Shown here in pieces: positions 54,926 to 64,000 of a stretch of DNA of 64,000 bases (positions are counted from its first letter, which is position 1; each line of letters starts with the position of its first letter). Source of the stretch: Rotaria socialis. Its lineage: Eukaryota. The notes below the pieces were generated by a model. The model saw only the letters and a program-made list of their open reading frames with translations. It was not told the origin of the DNA and did no database searches. Both the position numbers and the translations under genes were made by a program. The DNA is taken from the NCBI GenBank assembly GCA_905331295.1, contig CAJNYD010000157.1, forward strand, positions 1 to 64,000, in the 5' to 3' direction.

Positions 54926-56666
54926 AATAATTCTTATAGATCTTCAATTATTTGATTGATCTTTCAAGAAGAAAAAAACTATTTTGACACCAGGATTCGA
55001 TTGAGAATAGGACGAATAAAAATAAGATTAGTGATGAAGGACAGCAGCACATGCAATTCAAATGATAAGAGTGAGTTATAGATGTCAGTAAGATCAAGTC
55101 AATCAGCTTAGAATGCGCCAATAATTTTCTTTTCTGTGATATAACTTAACCGCAATATCTCGTGATTATACAATAGAATTGTTTCTTCCTTTGTATGGAA
55201 TGTAGATATGTGTATACACTATTTCCTCAGAGTTCTCTTCATTTCTGTATTCATAATTTTATGGAGAATGGCCACGTCTTACAATAGAGTAAAGAACAAA
55301 GATGGTCTTCTTTAAACGTAATAGCGCACTGATATACACATCAATGTATACTAATTGTGTATTCAACAATCGCTATTAGATTCGACCAAGCAGAAATCCT
55401 ATTGCAACTGCATTGCATTCAGTATTAGTAAACCTAACGTATCATTATTTCTGAATAAGAGACCTCACTCTACCGCAAGAATCTGATGCGTCTATGGATT
55501 ATTTTAATGCAACGTATAAAAATTGGAAAGATACTTGATACATTCACTTCAGTGATGTAGCTCTAATGAATTTCTTAAAAAATAAAATACGAGATTTAAT
55601 ATTTGGTCGTAAAAATAATGCCATGCCAAGAAAAAACATTTTATCGTGCTTAATTTAATTTAAAATAATGATTATTTTTGCCTTCAGGACGAATCAATCT
55701 GGAATTCAAGTAGTACGAGCTGATACATGCCAAAGAAAATTCCGGCTTCTCTTTCATAAGTCAGAATGTATTCGAGTCTCTTTCAATGAATAAACCTTTT
55801 TTTTTTATAAAAATAACAGGGAACGCTTTATTTGTAAGAGAACAGAGAGCAATGATTGAAATGTATGTTTTATTTGCTTGATTTATTTTTCGACAAGCTC
55901 CTCAGAGAAACGATGGCATACTGCCAAATCGCTCGAATACCTTTTTTAATTGCCATCCTTCTTCACATCCAGGTGTGATTGAATAGCATACTACGGAGTG
56001 TCTCTTGTCATGGTAGAAATCGATTCGTTTTTCAATGGTCATTCCTCGAGTTCGTTGTATTTTAAGTAGAGCTCAAAACAAAATGCCGATGAGTACGAAA
56101 ACTACTTTTTGTCAAAGAAAGTTTGCATAATTAATGAAATGTTGCGGTTAAGCATAAGGCATATGTCTCGGCAGAAGTATTCCTGCAACTGTGAGCTTTC
56201 TATAACTATCGTTTATTTAACTTTCCCATAAAAACGATGAAGTTCTAAGAAAAGAAAAGAATTCTGGCAATGGCTACCATTTGACATTTTTTTTCTTTTT
56301 CTTTCTTTCCTTCGTTTTCTATTGACTCAACACACACACACACACACACCTACGTATAATTCTACTCCTCGATAAACATAAACTGCAACGGTTATTGCAC
56401 ATGAAATGCCTGTTTTGATGAAATCTCAACTTCAGAAATAGATATTAACTTATCTATTTCGACAGGATTATTCTAAATCTATCTAAGAACATATATTTCG
56501 AAAAAGTTTTTTTATTTAACTTATTGTTTGCCCATAAACACGAATATATTCTTTATTTTCAATTTGCTCTAGACACACACAGCTTACCTATATATATACC
56601 CATTCATTCCTCTCATTTCACACACATACATACACGAACACAAACGCAATAAAGAAAGAAACAGCG

Positions 56667-57319
56667 ATGTCTCCAAAGAAAAGTAAAGCCGCAAAGCCAT
56701 CAATAAAGAAAGCAGGAACGATGGTGGCTACTACAGCTGTAAGACACATACATATTTTTATAAATGACTATTTTAATTTTTCGCATTTCTTATTATCGTC
56801 TAGGCAGGTGAAGAATATTTGAAACGATCCTGGGGTAAAGCACGATTTAATCGATATCGTGCTATGGATCAAGAACGAGACGCTCTATTGGCACCGTTAA
56901 CTAAACCAAAATTATCAAAGACACGAACAATGCAAAATACAACAAATGTATGTTGAAAGAACTAATTGGAGATATTTTTTTATATGAATTTTTTTTAAGG
57001 AAGCGAAAGAATTACTTGGCAAAGAAGTACTTGCTGATACACGTCAAGAAACTAAACGCCGTCAAGCAGCTGAAATCGCTAAGACAACACGAGAAAATGC
57101 TGCGAAACAAAAAGTTGGACGTAAACCGGCTTTAAAACGACTTGGCACAATGGCTAAAACAGCAACTGTAAGTCTTTTTCTTGTCGTTCTATTTAAGTTT
57201 TTACGGTGACTTCTCTATTTTTTTTATTGAAGGAAGGTAAAGCATATGTAAAACGAACCGGAAAGAAAACAACTGCTCGAAAGCGTACTGGTGGCACGGC
57301 TAAAAATTCCGCTAAATAA
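56667..57319 (+). CDS. Small Lys/Arg/Ala-rich protein with three K..TM..T..EG-like repeats; four exons
   Basis: Spliced product MSPKKSKAAKPSIKKAGTMVATTA|AGEEYLKRSWGK...KPKLSKTRTMQNTTN|EAKELLGK...KPALKRLGTMAKTAT|EGKAYVKRTGKK...NSAK*. All three introns are phase 0. Confidence 0.75.
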
Positions 57320-59209
57320 ATATTGACTGGCAGGATATATTAGACCTTATTCATTGTCATAGAGTGTGATTTTTATGTGTAACTTTTTATGAATTTTCTT
57401 TTTCAATCATGTATTGACTTGAGCGTATAGAGAAATTTTTTCTCGTTTCACAATCGGCGCTTCGGTTTGATTTAATAATTTTTCTCTGTAGATTGTTCTT
57501 TTCTGTTTTGACTGTAAATCGTGATTGATTGCCGATGTGTATAGTTTGTAAACGTTTTTCATGTATTGTATGTATAAATAAAATGTTAAGCTTGGTTCTC
57601 ATGGCTTATATTTTGTCCAAAATTTTCTGGACATGATATGAATATCGAGTGTTTTTGCTTAGCTGATGTGCAATTTTCGAATTCAAAGGAGTTCTTATCT
57701 AATCGTTCAATGAGAACGCTGAAGACGTGTTGTAAAAAATAATAAGATACATTTTTTTTAATTTTGTTTTGTCCTTGAGAAAGAATATTTAATTCATATA
57801 AATATTCATGTATATTTATTATTAGCAGGTTTAAATGTAAAAGAAAAAGGAAAATATACAATTAGGTGTTATCGTGTTCTTGACGGTTAATATGCTCGTT
57901 AGAGAAAGTAATGAATGAAGATACAACGGCCATGTGCGAATATGAATGTGGTTATATTAAATGAGTAGAATCGTGTGAAAGCCTAGGAATTGGAAGTTTT
58001 TCTTTTTCTTTTTATTGAATATCTTAGGTCAAAATTTGAAAATTTTGAGCTATAAGCAAATCTTTTTTGGCAGATTTTCTCAGTATTAATTTCCATTGAC
58101 TGAAATAGAAAACACCATCAATTTACATACTAATAAGTCTTCACGGAAACATATTTTTTTATAGCAAACAAATCTGACAGAAAGCTTGTTTCATGTTGCG
58201 CCCTATGTTTGAAAAAATGCGGTGCAAAACAAATGTGTGTCTAGATCATCAATACAATTTGAGTCACATCCTCAGTATTTTTCATGTACTTATTAAGTCT
58301 GCGTGAAAATATAAACTATCCATCATTCAAATGAAATATATGTATTCCTATGGGCTAAATAGAACTCTACTGTACACTCTCAGTGGTACAAAAAGTGAAG
58401 CAAAAATACCTTAAAGCCCAAAGGACATGTATGGCAGAAAAAGAACAAAAATTCATATTATTTTGGTAAACTATGAAAGACTGAAGCGCTTCGAAATAAA
58501 AAACAACTGCATTCACTCTTTCTTCTTGACAATATAGTAATACATTTTTCTGTCTTCAGAGTTAGTCACTGGGTATGTGTCTGTTCTTTTTCTTTTTGTA
58601 GCAACAGTAAAATGTTGCGTCTCATCGAAATTGTTTTTTTTTGCATGTGTTAAGTTGCTTTCGTCTATCAGCCTTTTAACAAATTCCATGAGCGGAGCCT
58701 GTTCGTTTCAGTTCGTCATATTTGTGAGAAAGGAGTGCTTTCTTTATGCATACTCGTATCCTTGAAATCTAGAATTAGTGTATTTCTTTTCTAGAATATC
58801 TTGCCAACGCAAACGTGGTCGTTTCTGCAAATATCAATATTCATGTTTAGTTCTCCAAAGTTAATTTTATGTTCAACCATCGCCTGTGCTGGTTTTAACA
58901 TATTCCCCTCTAGTCCAGATTGCAATCAACATTGGACTACCGTCTTATTGCAAGAAATTCTCAATCAAATTTTAATGATTTTCGTGATCTATGTATTGGT
59001 GTTTTCATTCTTGGTATATGCCTATATATCCTATAACCCTCTGAGGGCAAATTGGCTTGAATTTATTCGTGAAAAATCCGATGTCAGTATTGAAATAATA
59101 TTATTGATTGTTGTTTCCAATCTTGGGGGAATACGTATTAGTACTAGCATTCGTAGAAAGAGTCTTGACAGGTTGCTTACCGATCGTTGCTGCCATTTAT
59201 TACCACTAG

Positions 59210-60960
59210 AAATTAGTGTGTACGACGAAGATGACGATAATTTCGAATGGGATGAAAAACTTTATCAGTCTCAATTTAAAAGCATATATTTTCGGCGCGT
59301 ACGAAGAAAACCCAACAGAAATTCACTTACATCTCAGAGTGGATTTCGCGTGAAAAATATCGCAGGCATTGATCAACGGTTTATTTGTCAACTTTGTCGA
59401 CTCGTTCTTCGAGAACCTTATCAACTTCGTTGTGGACATCACCGATGCCAATTGTGCATAGATGAAAAACAGTGGTACATATTCTTCACGACTTTTTTTT
59501 CTACTAGTAAAAATGTGTATGTTCCCTATTTTATCTTATAGTATTACACATTGGTCAACATGCACTGGAACTTGTGCGATCAAAAGCGTAATTTAACGAA
59601 CGAAAATATACTGTCCATTGATTTTGTTTTGTTTGTTAGGTTCGGTTTGATGCAGATTTTCAAACCGAATTGGAATGTTTGCTAATATCTTGCTACGTTT
59701 GCAATTGGACTGGACCATTAAAAAAATATCAAGTAAAGAAGATTGGCTATTTAGTTCATATATGATCAATTATAATTTGAGTTTTATTTGAAGGAGCACC
59801 TCGATGACAATCATGGCAATAGATTTCTCATTTGTTCATTATGTAATAAACAAGTAAATCTTTATTTAAATAATCATCAAAAATATTGAGCGATATAATA
59901 TATTTTTTTCATTCGAAGATTCTTAGAAGGAAAATTACGGAACACTACATGACTCAAGCACACCAATTGATGTTAATAAATATTATTCTACATCTACAAT
60001 CGATAAAAAACAAGACTCATCTTCAACAACAACAAATTCTAGCCAACGCTGAATCCGTACTCGATACTAGAGTAAAACAGATACGAAATCAATTTCACTC
60101 TCAGTGCAGTTCTCTTCAACTTCAAAAACATGAATTGTTGCTCATTAAAACTCTAGCTCAAGAGATGGAGTATTGCCTGCAACGAAAAAGAGCTATTCAA
60201 GATGTTTGTACGAGAGAAGTTCTACAAATAGAACGAAATTGCGAACAGAAACACTTGGTATCTTTCAACGGTATATTAATATGGAACATAAATAATTTTC
60301 AAGAAAAATTCGGTACGTATTTTGAAAACGTAAATGAGCTTTTCTATTAACATTCAATTGTAAAGATGATGCCAAATCTGAACGGCAACGATCGATTTAT
60401 TCTCCGGAATTTTATTCAGCATATTTTGGTTACAAAATGTGTGCAAGACTATTTTTAAATGGAACCAATGATGTTCGAAACACACACATGTCCATATTTT
60501 TCATCTTAATGTCGGGCGAATATGATGCTATTCTTCATTGGCCATTTCATTTCAAAGTAATATTTTCTCTACTCAATCAATCGACTGCCGTCGGCAGTAA
60601 TCTATTAAGCGATTTGAGTAAGTCCATCTGGCCTAATACAAGATCGGCATGTTTTCAACGGCCACGATTAGCAATGAACGAAGCGTATGGTATCAAAAGG
60701 TTTATTGCACTTGATGAATTTCAAATGAATCGAACTCATTTTGTACAAAATGATACAATTTTTATTAAAATAGAACTCGATTTTATGAGTACTCCACCGG
60801 GTAATGTCGACGAGATACTTGCATTCAAAAGAATATGTTAATTTGCTTTTGTAATTTAGAAAATCGATCAGACGCCGGTGAAATGTTAATGATTGATGAG
60901 CAACATATGGACACTGTTCAAGAAGATTTAATGCGAAAAATTGTTTTTTTCAATGGATAA
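59210..60960 (+). CDS. TRAF-family protein (RING, Zn finger, coiled coil, MATH), multi-exon; true start not resolved
   Basis: RING CQLCRLVLREPYQLRCGHHRCQLC and C..CNWTGPL..YQEH. MATH domain GILIWNI...SIYSPEFYS..FGYKMCARLFLNG...GEYDAILHWPF...FVQNDTIFIKI. Confidence 0.85.
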
Positions 60961-61547
60961 TGTCCAGTCAATCAGACGACACTTTTTGTTACCTAAATTT
61001 CCTGATTCAGCTGAAACTAATTAGCACACAATATAAAAATAGTAATGATAATATTTAATCAAAATTGATCAATGTTTGATTCATGAAAACGAAAAACAAA
61101 AAGAATTAGCATTGAGTACATTATTGAAATATAAAAAATATTGGTTCATAGAGACTGGAAAAAGAAATGATAAGTTGGTGGTTCGAACAAAATAGAAACT
61201 ACAGTCAATATAAATATCGTTCTAATTAGAAGAGACGTTGTTGACACATTTGCAGTACCAGCATGATCGCCATACACGTAACTAAAACATAGTTTAAATA
61301 GGATTATAATCAAATCCAATGAATCCCATGTATATATTCTCTGGTCGCTATTAATTATTCTGAAACTATATTAGAAAAAAAGTCTCAAAAATACCTATGA
61401 TCAACTGTACATCTGATTCATGATATCTTTTGAATTGGAATTAGTTAATAATGTTGAATACTATCTGAAAGAGAATCTCACTCAATAACTTAGGGAGGCG
61501 TGATCTACGCTTTTCAGACTACAGTGGCATGATACGATCATGATGTT

Positions 61548-64000
61548 TCATGCTTTATTGTCGATTGACTTACTTGTTGTTGTTATTGTGTTTGTTTTAA
61601 TTGATGCAGATGATTTGAGAGTTGTAACTAATGGTTCGGTAGTAGTAACCGGAGACGGAGTTGAATCACCTAAAATATATGATAAACTAGATAGTAGAAC
61701 GCAATAACTGATTGTAAACAGTGAAAAATACATCGTTCTTGTTGCTCAATATATATAGAACGAGTAGCGAATAATTTGTGAATACTAGAGCCCTGCGGAA
61801 CAGTCCGGAATCCCGTTTGTCTCGAAAAAAATTCGGGACGGGACAATTCGAAAAAATCCAGTCTCGAATTTTTAAAATTACATGAAAACGTGTGATGTAC
61901 TGAAAAATGTTCATCATCATTATCTTTTTCAGTTGTGTCTTCATATAATTATTGATTTCCTGGCGTCAGTTTAATTTTTTCTGATGTTACAGAAGGTGTT
62001 GAGTCAGTTTACATAAATGTCTATGTGCTTTTCCGAGTGTATGAAAATTTATCGATACGAAAATTAGTGGAATTTAATTTAAAAAAAAAACTTTCTAAGT
62101 AGAACTTGTAGTTGATAGTAATGAGTTAAATAATGACAAAAAAAAGAATTTTTACACAATGATAGGCTAATTGTTGATATAAAAGAGAGCACATGTGTGC
62201 CAGATATATCGAAGTTATTATAGACATACGTTACCTCAAATAAGCTAATACATTTTAAATAGCATCTATCGCGAAAAGCTCGGTTTGACGGATCTAATAA
62301 TGATTAGATTAAAATGTTCTTGGTCGGTTATATAAAAAGTTAATATACTATGGAAACAGGAGAGTACTATTTTTCTCAAATATCTTCTTTACTTCGCGTA
62401 GGGTTCAAAGTACCAGTTTCTATTTTTGATAAAAACAAATTTATTTTTATCTATAAATTTCTCGAACAATTTTGTTTGGCAAATTTTCACTCTTCTTTTA
62501 TCCTATTGACCAGGTAGAAAAGGTCTTTTGTTTTCTTTGACGGAACTACGCAGCATTTAAACATTTGTTGTCAACGGGACACACGGGATTCGGGACACGA
62601 CAAAGTTTGTCCCGCAGGTCTCTAGTGAATACCATATTAAAATTTATCGATTCACTCATGAAATGGAGTTAAAAACTTATTCGCATTAGAAGATACTGTT
62701 GTTCTCACTACTGGTTACTGACTTACCACTAGATGATGCGCTTGATGTAAGAGTGAGGGAAGCTCGACCACGTCCCCATATCCAAAAAACTCCCGTACGT
62801 AATGGTTGGGATGATGTGACAACTAATATATATGTACGATCATTTGAGAGAGAAACATCGATTTCAAACTCTCCGTTAATACCAACAACATCACCAAAAT
62901 GTATCAAATTATTCGATGGATTCGATGGATCGAATGACGACTCGTAAAGATAACCAACAGCACCAAAATACGATTTGCTTGTGAAAGTGTAAGCGCCGGA
63001 AGTGTACACAGTGATTTGAATGGCATCATAGTAATAATAATCTCTTTTATCACCATTGGGTCGATTAAATTTCAGATTTGCCGGCCATAGTGCACTCATA
63101 TACGTTGATAACACTGAAGGCACCGTAATTACTAAAACAAAAGTGTGGTGTTAGCTATGGTATACCTGTGGCTAACGTAAGAGTAAAAATATTGATAAGA
63201 AACTTGCCTGTTGTTGATGATCGAGTTGTTGTCGGCGTGAACGATGCAAGAACAGCAATTGCTGGACCTCCTACTCTGATTGAAAAACTTCCTGTATTAG
63301 ACTCTGCATGCGTTGAGACAACTAGAAAGTATCTTCTTCCAGCTTGCAAAAACAATTGAATCAAAAACTGTAAGGAGCCACCATTATCATCCTCTTTGGT
63401 AATCAAGTTTATTGTTGGATTAGATGGGTCGAAATAAATCTGATAAAAGTAGCCAATAACGTCAATGGCACTATCGCTCTTGAAACTGTAGGTACCCGTT
63501 GTAGGTATCGTAACTTCAATTGCTTGATAAAAGTACCGTCGTCCAGCGGTAGCTTCTGGTCGTGTAAAAAATGGACTATTTGACGATAATGAACTTGCAT
63601 AAGATGATGGCAAAGGCGTTGTCGTAGCTCCTAAAACAATCAAATATTATTTTTTCTAGAATGCACTACATAGAAAAACAAAGTGCAAGAAGCTCATGAA
63701 AGTAACTTACGTGTTGTTATTGGTCGACTAGTTGATGGTGTGATTGGCGTTAGAGTAGCGGACGTAATACCCCTCGCAAAAGCTGTGAAAGTTCCCATAA
63801 TACGTTCTCTATGAGTTGTGACTGCCAGGATGTATGTTCGACCCGTTTCCAGGAAGGTTTCGATGCGAAACTGTAACGAAATTCCTCCATCGTCATTTCT
63901 AGTAATTAAATTTGTCAATGGTTGAGATGGATCGAAGGAATCGCCATAGAAATAGCCCATGGTATCGACAGTACTATTACTTGTAAAAATGTAAGTGCCT
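61548..64000 (-). CDS. 3' part of a gene with tandem ~130-aa beta-sandwich repeats (PPC/pre-peptidase C-terminal-like), one per exon, and a Ser/Thr-rich tail; starts beyond the window
   Basis: At least three related exons (63694-64000, 63155-63643, 62686-63123) share YY.AI.VT..T.G.Y.F.S.S..D..GY.Y...FDPS.P..NLI..DD.GG...F.I...L...R.Y.L.V.T. The exact 3' end is uncertain. Confidence 0.75.
61786..62624. mobile_element. hAT-type non-autonomous element in an intron
   Basis: TIR TAGAGCCCTGCGG / CCGCAGGTCTCTA. 8-bp TSD GTGAATAC at 61778-61785 and 62625-62632. cggga/tcccg subterminal motifs. Confidence 0.9.

Noticed and set aside
58801..59209. Hydrophobic N-terminal extension on the TRAF ORF suggesting a membrane-bound TRAF
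   Set aside because: The ORF has a non-ATG start, the sequence is T-rich and intron-like, and an acceptor precedes 59210. It cannot be supported without transcripts.

Overview
Eukaryotic, AT-rich DNA with many short (about 50-70 nt) GT-AG introns. Gene content, intron size and bacterial-type genes next to DNA-transposon debris suggest a bdelloid rotifer; this is an inference. The window has two compartments. (1) About 1-24 kb is an accessory, TE-dense zone. It holds an intronless 1075-aa gene fusing a membrane anchor, an extended-SDR epimerase/reductase, an NDP-sugar C-methyltransferase and a GT-A-like domain; a frameshifted RABGGTB fragment; and a six-exon cell-surface mucin-like gene (9008-21254). 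The introns of that gene carry a hAT MITE, a dead DD37E Tc1-like element, a branched Sola-like foldback element, a CACTG-ended element and a second long palindrome. (2) About 24-60 kb is a compact, mostly housekeeping zone: BAZ1/WSTF-like gene without a visible bromodomain, Pur-alpha, calmodulin, a small orphan gene, DNAJB11, coronin, CCDC47, a twin-CX9C gene, a decayed secreted-protein gene, KDM7/PHF8-like demethylase, a basic repeat protein and a TRAF-like gene. The window ends with another hAT MITE inside a tandem PPC-like domain gene. The best candidate for a new system is the membrane-anchored sugar C-methylation fusion enzyme. All exon models were read by eye, with no database searches.
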